Below the pieces are notes generated by a model. That model was not told the DNA's origin, did no database searches, and saw nothing but the letters and a program-made list of their open reading frames with translations. Position numbers and translations under genes: made by a program. From the NCBI GenBank assembly GCA_009837285.1, contig VXTU01000042.1, positions 1-56,098 on the forward strand: 56,098 bases of DNA. Reading direction: 5' to 3'. Positions 1 to 8,475 of this stretch are shown here, piece after piece. The first letter of the stretch is position 1. Each line of letters opens with the position of its first letter. The stretch comes from Chloroflexota bacterium. Its GTDB lineage: Bacteria > Chloroflexota > Dehalococcoidia > UBA2979.

Positions 1-82
1 CCCCTCTCCCGCAGTGCGGGAGAGGGGGCCGGATCTGATCCCCTCGCCCCCGTCCGCGGGGGAGAGGGTGAGGGTGAGGGGG
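1..82. repeat. Two tandem REP-like palindromes (CCCTCTCCC...GGGAGAGGG family)
   Basis: 1-27 CCCCTCTCCCGCA-G-TGCGGGAGAGGGG is a perfect inverted repeat; a second degenerate copy at about 40-68 is followed by GGTGAGGGTGAGGGG. Confidence 0.7.
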
Positions 83-219
83 TCCGCGGGCATGATCGTG
101 GTCGCAGTGCGTAGTAGGTTACGGCTCGCCGCCGAACGTGCGGCGTCCGCGGGGTATCCCGCAATCCAACGCACACCGCGGGCCATTTCCGCAATCCAGA
201 AACACCCGAGGAGGTCCCG

Positions 220-1011
220 ATGAGCGAGCAGCAACTCGAAGGCAAGGTCGCGATCGTCACCGGCGCGAGCCGCGGCATCGGCGAGGCGATCGCCCACTCG
301 CTGGCGCGCGACGGGGCGAAGGTCGTCGTCGCCGCCCGCACCGAGCAGGTCACCGACAAGCGCCTGCCCGGCACCATCTACTCCGTCGCCGAGGCTATCG
401 AGGCCGAGGGCGGTACCGCGCTCCCGGTCGTCGCCAACATGCGCGACCCGGAGAGCATCTACGGCTGCGTCGAGAAGACCGTCGAGGAGTTCGGGCGCGT
501 CGACATCGTCGTGAACAACGCGGCGATCCTCGTGCCCGGGGACATCGAGACGGTACAGGACCGCCACATCGACCTGATGTGGCAGGTCGACATGCGCGGG
601 CCGGTATTGATGTGCAAGGCGGCGGTGCCGCACATGAAGGAGAACGGCGGCCACCTCATCAACGTCTCCTCGGGCGCGGCGATCTTCCCCGGCCCCGGGC
701 CGTACGAAGAGGGGGGCGTCGGCGGGCTGTTCTACGGGATGGTGAAGGCCGGGTTGGAGCGGTTCACGCAGGGTCTGGCGATGGACCTGCAGCAGTACCG
801 CATCGCCTGCAACGTGCTGTCGCTGAACTACGTGATCCACACGCCGGGCAACATCTTCGCGCAGAACGACCCGGAGAACCCGAACCTGGACTTCGACAGC
901 GCCGAGTGGATGGGCCGCGCGGCCGTCTGGATCAGCCGCCAGCCCGCCGAGTACACGGGCCACATCGTCTTCGACCACAACATGCGCTACTGGCTGGACG
1001 ACATCGACTAG
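220..1011 (+). CDS. SDR family NAD(P)-dependent oxidoreductase
   Basis: TGASRGIG, NNAA, NVSS, YGMVK (YxxxK); RBS GAGGAGG upstream. Confidence 0.93.
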   Translation: MSEQQLEGKVAIVTGASRGIGEAIAHSLARDGAKVVVAARTEQVTDKRLPGTIYSVAEAIEAEGGTALPVVANMRDPESIYGCVEKTVEEFGRVDIVVNNAAILVPGDIETVQDRHIDLMWQVDMRGPVLMCKAAVPHMKENGGHLINVSSGAAIFPGPGPYEEGGVGGLFYGMVKAGLERFTQGLAMDLQQYRIACNVLSLNYVIHTPGNIFAQNDPENPNLDFDSAEWMGRAAVWISRQPAEYTGHIVFDHNMRYWLDDID

Positions 1012-1041
1012 GCGTCAGACAGCAGGGCGAATTGACTACGC

Positions 1042-1069
1042 ACCGCCCCGCGCACACGCGTGGGGCGGT
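1042..1069. terminator. GC-rich hairpin between convergent genes, possible terminator
   Basis: ACCGCCCCGCGC-ACAC-GCGTGGGGCGGT, 12-bp stem with one G.U pair; no U-tract. Confidence 0.5.
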
Positions 1070-1098
1070 CTGGTGCTTGGGGGTGGGGCCGCGAGGCG

Positions 1099-1320
1099 CT
1101 AGAACTCGATCGGGCCGCCGGGGTCGATCACGGAGCCGTCGGTGCCGATGACGGCGGGGCGCTCGTTGCAGTAGACCTCGGACTCGCAGTGGTCGAACGA
1201 GAACGCGGAGCGCTCCTTGTCGTAACGGATCGTCCACGTGCCGAGCGCGTGGCCTTCGCGGCCCGCCTTCGTCTCGCGCTCCAGCACCGCGATCAGCGCC
1301 TCGAGTTCCTTCGTGCCCAC
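1099..1320 (-). CDS. Small hypothetical protein (73 aa, two Cys)
   Basis: GTG at 1320 preceded by GGAGG at 6 nt; host-like codon usage; -10-like TATCCT at 1361-1366. Confidence 0.75.
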   Translation of the reverse strand: MGTKELEALIAVLERETKAGREGHALGTWTIRYDKERSAFSFDHCESEVYCNERPAVIGTDGSVIDPGGPIEF

Positions 1321-1427
1321 GTCGTACCTCCGAGGTAGTTCAGTCGTATCCGTCCAGTACAGGATAACCGCGTCGCGTCGGCTTCCGCTCGCCCGCACCG
1401 TCCCTACAATGAGTCGGGGGAGGCACC

Positions 1428-2501
1428 GTGCGCAAGGCGACCACCGGCAACTACTTCGAGGACTTCACGACCGGACTCGAGATCCGTCACGCCGTCCCAC
1501 GGACCGTCACCGAGGGTGACGCGGCGCTCTACATCGCGCTCACCGCGGACCGCCACCCGCTGCACTGCAACGCCGAGTTCGCGCGCTCGCTGGGCTTCGA
1601 ACGCGAGACGGTCAACGACCTGCTGGTGTTCCACACCGTCTTCGGCAAGTCCGTGCCCGACGTCTCGCTCAATGCCGTCGCCAACCTCGGCTACGCCGAC
1701 GTGCGGTTCGCCGTCCCGGTGCTGCCGGGCGACACGATCAGCTCGACCACCAGGGTGCTCGGACGCCGCGAGGCGCGCGGTGGCGAGACGGGCGTCGTGT
1801 GGGTGCGCACCGTCGGTGTGAACCAGCGCCGCGAGGAAGTCCTGACGCTCATCCGCTGGGTGCTCGTCAACAAGCGCGACCCGGAGTCGCCCGCCGCCGA
1901 GGACGACGCACCCGAGGTGCCCGACTCCGTCGCCCCCGACGGTCTGTACGTGCCGGAGCAACTCGACCTCTCCGCATTCTCGGCCGACATCACGGGCGGC
2001 CGTGCGTGGTGGGGCGACTACGAGCCCGGCGAGCGCATCGACCACGTCGAGGGCATGGCGATCGAGGAGGCCGAGCAGCAGATCATCACGCGCCTCTACC
2101 AGAACACGGCGCGCGCGCACTTCAATGCGCATGCCTTGCAGGGCACGCGCTTCGGGCGACGCGTGATCTACGGCGGGCACATCATCTCCGTTGCGCGGGC
2201 GCTGTCGTTCAACGGCCTCGAGAACGCCGTGCGGGTGCTCGCCTTCAACGGCGGCACGCACAGCAACCCGACGTTCGCCGGCGACACGCTCTTCGCCTGG
2301 ACCGAGGTGGTCGAACGCATCGACCTCGGTCGCGACGACGCCGGTGCGCTGCGGCTGCGCCTGATTGCGACCAAGGACGCCGACCCGGCGACCGAGGACG
2401 TCCCGCTGCGCGTCACCGACGAGCGCGGGCGCGAGCGCTACCACCCCAACGTGGTGCTCGACCTCGACTACACCGTGCTGATGCCGAAGGCCCTCGGGTA
2501 G
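1428..2501 (+). CDS. mch: Mesaconyl-CoA hydratase / beta-methylmalyl-CoA dehydratase (double MaoC hotdog fold)
   Basis: GNYFEDF..IRHAVPRTV, FGKSVPDVSLNAVANLGY, IDHVEG, YQNTARAHF, IYGGHIISVARALSFNGLEN match the Rhodobacter/Chloroflexus Mch pattern; TACAAT and GGAGG upstream. Confidence 0.88.
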   Translation: MRKATTGNYFEDFTTGLEIRHAVPRTVTEGDAALYIALTADRHPLHCNAEFARSLGFERETVNDLLVFHTVFGKSVPDVSLNAVANLGYADVRFAVPVLPGDTISSTTRVLGRREARGGETGVVWVRTVGVNQRREEVLTLIRWVLVNKRDPESPAAEDDAPEVPDSVAPDGLYVPEQLDLSAFSADITGGRAWWGDYEPGERIDHVEGMAIEEAEQQIITRLYQNTARAHFNAHALQGTRFGRRVIYGGHIISVARALSFNGLENAVRVLAFNGGTHSNPTFAGDTLFAWTEVVERIDLGRDDAGALRLRLIATKDADPATEDVPLRVTDERGRERYHPNVVLDLDYTVLMPKALG

Positions 2502-2539
2502 CAGACATGGTCCGGGGAGAGCTACGAAGGAGACCGCCG

Positions 2540-4186
2540 ATGACGACGACCGAGGTAGATGCCGTCACGACCGCCCGTGAGCTCGTCGACGTGGCAAAGC
2601 GAGCGATCGACGCGGCCGTCGCGCACGGCGCCGAGGTGACCGAGGGCGGGCGCGGCATCGACGACCACCAGGTCCACACCGAGCGCGTCGCCTACCTCGC
2701 CACGCAGGTGCGCGCGGCGCGTGAGCTCGTCGCCTACGCAGAGCGCCTGCGCGAGTACAAGACCGCTGACCCGCAGGCGGACGAAGCTGCCGTCATCTAC
2801 GCCGCCGAGGCAGCGCACGCGTTGCGCTCGGCCGTCGACGCGGCCCCGGAAGACTTCGGTATCGGCGAGGCGGCGGAGTCGCTCGACTCCACCTCGACGA
2901 GCGACGCCATCCGCGCCGGGCTCGACGAAGCCCGCGTGCGCGCCCTCGGCCGCGTCGCCATCGAGGCGAACGGCGTCAACAACGCGGAGCTCGAGGACGA
3001 GGCGGCGGCGCTGACCCGCGACACTGCGCGCGACTTCGCCCGCAACGAGGTCGCGCCGATCGCGCAGCAGATCCACCGCGAGGACCTGCTCGTCCCGGAC
3101 GACCTGATCGAGAAGTTCGCCGCGCAGGGCTTCTTCGGCTCCTCGATCCCGGAGGAGTACGGCGGTACCGGCATGGGCTACCTGCCGATGGTCGTGATGA
3201 CCGAGGAGCTGTCGGCGGCCTCGCTTGGCGCCGCGGGCTCGCTGCACACGCGGCCGGAGATCCTCGCCCACGCGCTGCAGACGGGCGGCACCGAGGCGCA
3301 GAAGCAGGAATGGCTCCCGAAGCTCGCCTCCGGCGAGGTGCTCGTCGCGATCGGCGTGACGGAGCCCGACGTGGGGTCGGACAACGCCAACCTCCAGTGC
3401 CGGGCGACGCCCGCCGAGGTCGACGGCCGCAAGGGCTGGCGTCTCAACGGCTCGAAGGCGTGGAGCACGTTCTCCGGCCGCGCGGACGTCATCGCGATGC
3501 TCGTGCGCACCAACCCCAACCCGGAGGCTGCGGGCCGCGGCCTCTCGGTCTTCATCGTGCCGAAGGACCCGCACTACGGGAATGAGTGGCACCAGACCCA
3601 GCCCGAGGGCGGCTCGATGACCGGCACCGCGAACCCGACCCCGGGCTACCGCGGTATGCACTCCTACACGGTCGCCATCGATAACTACTTCGTCCCCCAC
3701 GAGAACCTCGTGGGCGAGGACGATGGGCTGAACCGCGGCTTCGCGCTGCAGATGGGCGGCTTCGCCGTCGGGCGCCTGCAGACCGGTGCGCGCGCCAGCG
3801 GCGTCGCGCAGGCCTCGCTGGAGAAGGCGTGCCAGTACGTGAACCAGCGCGAGCAGTTCGGCATGCCGATCGGCAAGTACCAGCTCACCGAGCACCGCAT
3901 CGGCGAGATGGTCGCGCGCATCGCGGCCGCGCGCCAGCTCACCTACGCCGCCGCGCGCAACTTCAACTCGCGCGGCATCGAGGCGCCGATGGCGAAGCTG
4001 CTGGCGTGCGACGTGGCCGTGGCGACCTCGCAGGCCGCACAGCAGCTGCAGGGCGGGTGGGGCTACTCCGAGGAAGACCCGATCGCCCGCTACGTCGTCG
4101 ACGCGCTGGTGCTGCCTATCTTCGAGGGCGTGAAGCCGATCCTCGAGCTCAAGGTCGTCGGCCGCCAGCTCTTTGCCGCGAGCTAG
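2540..4186 (+). CDS. mcd: Acyl-CoA dehydrogenase, probable (2S)-methylsuccinyl-CoA dehydrogenase
   Basis: About 548 aa ACAD with N-terminal extension; TEPDVGSD, LNGSKAW, GYRGMHSY, GRLQTGAR, IFEG; directly after mch; AAGGAG RBS before ATG 2540. Confidence 0.8.
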   Translation: MTTTEVDAVTTARELVDVAKRAIDAAVAHGAEVTEGGRGIDDHQVHTERVAYLATQVRAARELVAYAERLREYKTADPQADEAAVIYAAEAAHALRSAVDAAPEDFGIGEAAESLDSTSTSDAIRAGLDEARVRALGRVAIEANGVNNAELEDEAAALTRDTARDFARNEVAPIAQQIHREDLLVPDDLIEKFAAQGFFGSSIPEEYGGTGMGYLPMVVMTEELSAASLGAAGSLHTRPEILAHALQTGGTEAQKQEWLPKLASGEVLVAIGVTEPDVGSDNANLQCRATPAEVDGRKGWRLNGSKAWSTFSGRADVIAMLVRTNPNPEAAGRGLSVFIVPKDPHYGNEWHQTQPEGGSMTGTANPTPGYRGMHSYTVAIDNYFVPHENLVGEDDGLNRGFALQMGGFAVGRLQTGARASGVAQASLEKACQYVNQREQFGMPIGKYQLTEHRIGEMVARIAAARQLTYAAARNFNSRGIEAPMAKLLACDVAVATSQAAQQLQGGWGYSEEDPIARYVVDALVLPIFEGVKPILELKVVGRQLFAAS

Positions 4187-4248
4187 CTGGCGCGAAGGCG
4201 GCACGGATGCTCGTCCGGGTAATCAGCCTGATGAGGTGATCGAAGGCT

Positions 4249-5118
4249 ATGAGCCAACTAACGAGCGACCCCATACCTCCGAGTTGGGAACCCGTCGTGA
4301 CGGCGCTTGGCGAATGCGTTATCGACTTGTCGCAGGTACCGGGCGCCTCTGACAGGACCATGACCTCGAACGCCCCAGGGGGTTTCGATGAACTTGCGGG
4401 TGGGCGGATTGACCTGGCACGTGAGGCGATTCACAAGGAGCGCGATGCGTTGCTCCACGCCAAAGTAAGGAGCATCGACTATTTTGCCATGCCCTGGCGG
4501 TCTCCGATTCCCTACGGAGACGGCGAGTCGTTGACAGCATCGGAGTTGCGCGATCTCGCCGGGCGTGCGCGGGAAGTCACCCCGCATGAGCACAGGAGGG
4601 ACGAGAGCACGCCTCTGGGACCTTTCGCGCGGGCGCTTGGCGAGTACGTGATCTACTTCGGGCAGGTGGACGAGGCAGTGCTGGTTCTCTCGAACCATGT
4701 TGAGAGCGCCAGTCCCGAGGGCCGTGTGTACCTGCAAGACTGGTTGCAGGCAGAGGCGAAAGTCGATAGGGAGAAGATACCGACAGGACAGTTGGGTGCG
4801 AAGGTCACCGACCTGATCCTGGGCACCCTCGATAGCGATTCCGTGACCCAGGCGCGTGCGCGTGATGTGTTACTTGACCTGGAACCGAGAGTCTCTCGAG
4901 TCATCCGCGAACGAAACGCTCTGGTCCACCGGGAATTGGGGAGCATCGACCATCTCGCCGCGACTGATGGGAACGGCGTTCGCCTCGTGGACGGGCGAAT
5001 GCTGACAGCGTCAAACCTTAGATCTCGCTCGGTACGTGCCCGTTCAGTTACGTTCGAGTTGCGTGCGTTCCTCTGGAGATTTGTGCGGGCGAGGAAGTCA
5101 GTGGCGGGCTCACGATAA
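4249..5118 (+). CDS. Hypothetical protein with two tandem HEPN-like repeats
   Basis: Internal duplication; RDALLH and RNALVH (Rx4H); atypical codon usage; TAATG overlap with rpiB. Confidence 0.7.
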   Translation: MSQLTSDPIPPSWEPVVTALGECVIDLSQVPGASDRTMTSNAPGGFDELAGGRIDLAREAIHKERDALLHAKVRSIDYFAMPWRSPIPYGDGESLTASELRDLAGRAREVTPHEHRRDESTPLGPFARALGEYVIYFGQVDEAVLVLSNHVESASPEGRVYLQDWLQAEAKVDREKIPTGQLGAKVTDLILGTLDSDSVTQARARDVLLDLEPRVSRVIRERNALVHRELGSIDHLAATDGNGVRLVDGRMLTASNLRSRSVRARSVTFELRAFLWRFVRARKSVAGSR

Positions 5119-5588
5119 TGCGGATCGCGATCGCCTCGGACCACGCGGGGTTCCGCTACAAGCAGCGGATCTCGGAGGAACTCGCGAGCCTCGGCCACGA
5201 CGTTGTGGACTTCGGAGCCGACTCCGAGGACCAGAGCGACTACCCGCTGTTCATCCGCCCTGCGGCCGAGGCCGTCGCCTCGGGCGACTGCGAGCGCGGC
5301 GTCGTCCTCGGCGGGTCTGGCAACGGCGAGGCGATGGTCGCGAACCGCGTACGCGGCGTGCGCTGCGCGCTCTGCTGGAGCGTCGAGGCCGCCGAGCTGG
5401 GGCGACGCCACAACGACGCCAACGTGATCTCGATCGGCCAGCGCATGGTCTCGCTGGACCTCGCGCTGGCGATCGTGCGGACGTGGCTCGACACGCCGTT
5501 CGACGGCGGTCGCCACGCGCACCGCATCGCACAGTTCGACGCCCAGCCGATCTTCGGGGAGCCGTCGAGCGGGGAGGCGGTGCATTGA
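5118..5588 (+). CDS. rpiB: Ribose-5-phosphate isomerase B
   Basis: IAIASDHAG, DYP, GGSGNGE, ANRVRGVRCA, RRHNDANV, FDGGRH. Confidence 0.96.
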   Translation: MRIAIASDHAGFRYKQRISEELASLGHDVVDFGADSEDQSDYPLFIRPAAEAVASGDCERGVVLGGSGNGEAMVANRVRGVRCALCWSVEAAELGRRHNDANVISIGQRMVSLDLALAIVRTWLDTPFDGGRHAHRIAQFDAQPIFGEPSSGEAVH

Positions 5589-5881
5589 CCACGCGGGGCT
5601 GGTCGAACCGCCGGAGCAAGAAGCTCGTCCCCGAGCCCGCGTTCGCCGAGGGCCATGAGCACACCCTCGAGTGCGACGCGCTCTATGAGGAGTGGAAGCG
5701 CTACCACATCGCCGTCATCGACGAGGCCGGGCGCTTCCGCCGCGACCAGCGCCTGCTCGCCCGCCACGAGCGCGAGCGCTTCGAGCGCCAGCTCGTGGCG
5801 CTGGGCTGCTCCGGCGAGGCGCGTCGACGCGTCGAGCGCGACGCCGAGATCGCCGAGCACGGCCACAGCAAGCTGACGTAG
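5585..5881 (+). CDS. Small charged helical hypothetical protein
   Basis: TTG start overlapping the rpiB stop (TTGA), GGAGG upstream; host-like codons. Confidence 0.7.
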   Translation: MTTRGWSNRRSKKLVPEPAFAEGHEHTLECDALYEEWKRYHIAVIDEAGRFRRDQRLLARHERERFERQLVALGCSGEARRRVERDAEIAEHGHSKLT

Positions 5882-5898
5882 CGGTCGAGGCGATAGCG

Positions 5899-6837
5899 AT
5901 GCCCGCCCCGCGCCTCCCCGCACCCGATGAATGGCCGAGCTGGGCGCTGGTCGACCGCGACCTGCTGAGTACGGCCCAGGACGAGCGGCCGTACCTCGAG
6001 ACGGCCGCGGCGCTCGTCACCGAGTTCGGCGAGTTGACCGCGCTGCTGGCGCGGACGCAGGAGTCCACTGAAGGCGCCCCCGTCCGGCAGGGCCGCAACC
6101 AGGCCGTGCTGTACGGACTCACGACCCGCATCGTGAAGCTCACGCGCCGCCTCGCCGCCGAGACGTACGAGGGTCGCGGTGAGCTCCAGCTCCTCATCGA
6201 CCGCGAGATCTTCACGTCGACGGCCGCGCTCGCCTACCTGCTGCGCGGCCGCACCGACCGCTTCGAAGCGTTCGTGCGCGACAGCCTCCACGCCGACCGC
6301 GATGTGTGGCAGCACCTCGACAACAACCGCGACCTCCGCGCGGGCGACAACCTGCCGCAGGAGACGCGTATGCGTCGCCGCCTGGAGCGCTCGTTCGGCC
6401 TCGCCGGCCTCGACCCGGCCGAGCTCGGACTCGATGAGGAGTCGGGCTGGCCCGACCTGCGCAGGCAGGTGGACGCCATCGGCGAGCCGGACGCCTACCG
6501 CATGCACCAGCTAGGCGCGGACGAGGTGCACGGCGCCTGGAACGAACTGGTGACCCACCACCTGCGGACCGACGACGACGACCTAGTGTGGCTCGGCCCG
6601 AAGCTCGGCTGGTCACCCGCCGTGGTGCAGCCGCTGACTGCCGTGGCGATCCAGGGCAGCCGCGTAATGGCGGCCTACGCGCGTCACCTCGGCTACGAAG
6701 TCGCCGAGGCGTTCCGGGACAAGTACCTGGATCTCGCGGGCCGCGCCGCGCTCACCGACCGGATGCACGAGGAGTACCTCGAACGCGTCGACATCAACCT
6801 CGAGATGGGCAACCTCGGGATCGTCGACGACGACTGA
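5899..6837 (+). CDS. DUF5677-like all-helical protein
   Basis: LIDREIF..AYL, SGWP, AYRM..GADEVHGAWNELVTHHL pattern; ATG 5899. Confidence 0.65.
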   Translation: MPAPRLPAPDEWPSWALVDRDLLSTAQDERPYLETAAALVTEFGELTALLARTQESTEGAPVRQGRNQAVLYGLTTRIVKLTRRLAAETYEGRGELQLLIDREIFTSTAALAYLLRGRTDRFEAFVRDSLHADRDVWQHLDNNRDLRAGDNLPQETRMRRRLERSFGLAGLDPAELGLDEESGWPDLRRQVDAIGEPDAYRMHQLGADEVHGAWNELVTHHLRTDDDDLVWLGPKLGWSPAVVQPLTAVAIQGSRVMAAYARHLGYEVAEAFRDKYLDLAGRAALTDRMHEEYLERVDINLEMGNLGIVDDD

Positions 6838-6854
6838 CCGGGTGTAGCCGGACA

Positions 6855-7361
6855 CTACTCCGGGACGGCGACAGGCGGCGGCGGCCGCGTCGCGACGTAG
6901 TCCTCGACGTAGAGCAGGTTGTCGCCCGCGCGCCGCACGACCTTGAGCAGGTCGTCCATCGTCGAGACTTCTTCGAGCTGCTCGTCGACGAACCACTGCA
7001 GGAAGCCGCGCGCGAGGTGGTCGTGCTCCTCGATGGCGAGGTCCATGAGCTGGTTGAAGATGCCCGCGACGCGCACCTCGGCGTCTAGGGCGAGCTTCAC
7101 GGCCTCCTCGACGGAGTCGAAGTCGGCCTGGCCGGCCGGGATGGCGGGCACGTCGACGGTGCCGCCGGCTTCGGTAACGTAGTCGACGATCTTCTGGGCG
7201 TGCATGAGCTCTTCGGATGCCTGCTGGCGGAAGAGGCTGGAGAGCTGGGGGAGCGCTTCGCGGCTGAAGTAGGCGGAGATCATGGTGTACTGGATGGCGG
7301 CCCAGTACTCGCTCACGAGTTCCTCGCTCAGCTCTTTGGCCATGCGTTCGGAGATCAGCAC
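6855..7361 (-). CDS. ftn: Ferritin (non-heme, Ftn type)
   Basis: Ferroxidase residues SEYWA..QY, EELMHA, AEVRV, FLQWFVDEQLEE; GTG 7361 after GGAG. Confidence 0.92.
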   Translation of the reverse strand: MLISERMAKELSEELVSEYWAAIQYTMISAYFSREALPQLSSLFRQQASEELMHAQKIVDYVTEAGGTVDVPAIPAGQADFDSVEEAVKLALDAEVRVAGIFNQLMDLAIEEHDHLARGFLQWFVDEQLEEVSTMDDLLKVVRRAGDNLLYVEDYVATRPPPPVAVPE

Positions 7362-7448
7362 GGGATGCTCCAATCCGTTCGTATCACCCCTTCAATGATA
7401 CGTCGTCCGACCGGCACGAAACGATGTCCCGACCCGCTGGGCCGCGAG

Positions 7449-7748
7449 TCATTCGGGCCCGAAGAGTTCGCGCGCGCGGGCCTCGAACTGAGGTCCCGTC
7501 ATCGGGCACCTCACGAGGTCGTCGAGCTCCTCGGGGGACAGCCGAGTCTTCCGGAGGAGGTCCCGCTGGATGCCTCTGCTCAGGCCGCGCCGGTGCTGCT
7601 GCGGGAGGGTCACATGGAAGAGGTGGTCGCCGTCCGGAAGGCGATAGCTTCCCGATCGGTGCTTCCCGGAGCGGAACGGAACTCCGAGCTTGTTCTCGAA
7701 TGCGCTATTCAGTTCCCGCCAGCCATAGTTACGGCGCGGGCGCGGCAT
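7449..7748 (-). CDS. HicA-like toxin
   Basis: About 99 aa basic protein; RSGKH, VTLPQQH..LSRG, RLSPEELDDLVRCPM; overlaps upstream partner. Confidence 0.65.
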   Translation of the reverse strand: MPRPRRNYGWRELNSAFENKLGVPFRSGKHRSGSYRLPDGDHLFHVTLPQQHRRGLSRGIQRDLLRKTRLSPEELDDLVRCPMTGPQFEARARELFGPE

Positions 7749-8118
7749 AGTTCTCAAGGACAGTCACGATCCGCCGTGCGTTGCTCCCCCGTACCGCGTC
7801 GCCGGCGTGGAGGCTTGTCCAGACGTCGAGGATGATCGCGGCGAGGCTCTCGATTGCTTCGCCCTCGCTCCCCCCAAAACCCGTCAGCCCGGGTTCGACC
7901 CATCGCGCGAGCACGTCCTCCGCGGACTCTTCGATCACGATCGGGATGGGGCGGTGCACCCGCAGCCCGGGAACCACGGTGAGTTCAGCCGGGGTGATTG
8001 TCTCTTCGTTCATCTCGCCCACCTGTCGGTGGAGATCCTTGACTGCCTCCTCGATGGACTCCAATTGGCCATGAGCGGGCTTAGCCGGGGACTCTGTAGT
8101 CCGGACGTCGGAAGCCAT
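7729..8118 (-). CDS. HicB-like antitoxin
   Basis: Acidic; PIPIVIEE..VLARWVEPGLTGFGGSEGEAIESL matches the HicB partial RNase H fold. Confidence 0.65.
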   Translation of the reverse strand: MASDVRTTESPAKPAHGQLESIEEAVKDLHRQVGEMNEETITPAELTVVPGLRVHRPIPIVIEESAEDVLARWVEPGLTGFGGSEGEAIESLAAIILDVWTSLHAGDAVRGSNARRIVTVLENYAAPAP

Positions 8119-8245
8119 ATGCGGCCCTTCGCGCGGGTGGGAGCGTGCGCGACCGGTCGATACTACCGCATTTGGACCACTCGTGCCCCTCGTCACAAAC
8201 GCGTGATCGAGGGTCCAGCCTGGCTGCGGTGCCGTAGCCCGGGCG

Positions 8246-8473
8246 CTACGCCTCGTACAGCTTCACCACCTGCACCGCGTCCCCTGCTACGTCGATGCAG
8301 AGGTCGCACAGCGTGCACTCGTCGAGGTTGGCCTCGACCGTCTCGACGCGGGCCGAGTCGCCCTCGCCCTCGATGGTGAAGATGTCGACCGGGCACACCT
8401 CGGCCAGGCGGCCGCGGAGGTCGGCGTCCTGCTGGACCGACTCGTCGATGTCGACGCGGATGAACATCGCCAT
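8246..8473 (-). CDS. Ferredoxin family protein (one 4Fe-4S cluster)
   Basis: VCPVDIF and CTLCDLC; last gene of the mcl operon. Confidence 0.85.
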   Translation of the reverse strand: MAMFIRVDIDESVQQDADLRGRLAEVCPVDIFTIEGEGDSARVETVEANLDECTLCDLCIDVAGDAVQVVKLYEA

Positions 8474-8475
8474 GG

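Noticed and set aside
1042-1069. Resemblance to a type I-E CRISPR repeat (CCCCGCGCAC..GGGG)
   Set aside because: Single copy, no spacers, no cas genes; better explained as a hairpin between convergent genes
1799-2539. Apparent N-terminal extensions or fusions in the ORF track (mcd, ligase alpha, murG, ddl, mraY, ftsA, rsmH, gatC)
   Set aside because: Extensions run through upstream genes in another frame; better starts with RBS or stop-start coupling exist downstream
4222-4248. CTGATGAG..GAAG resembling a hammerhead ribozyme core
   Set aside because: GAAA is missing, stem II has about one pair and no stem III can be formed
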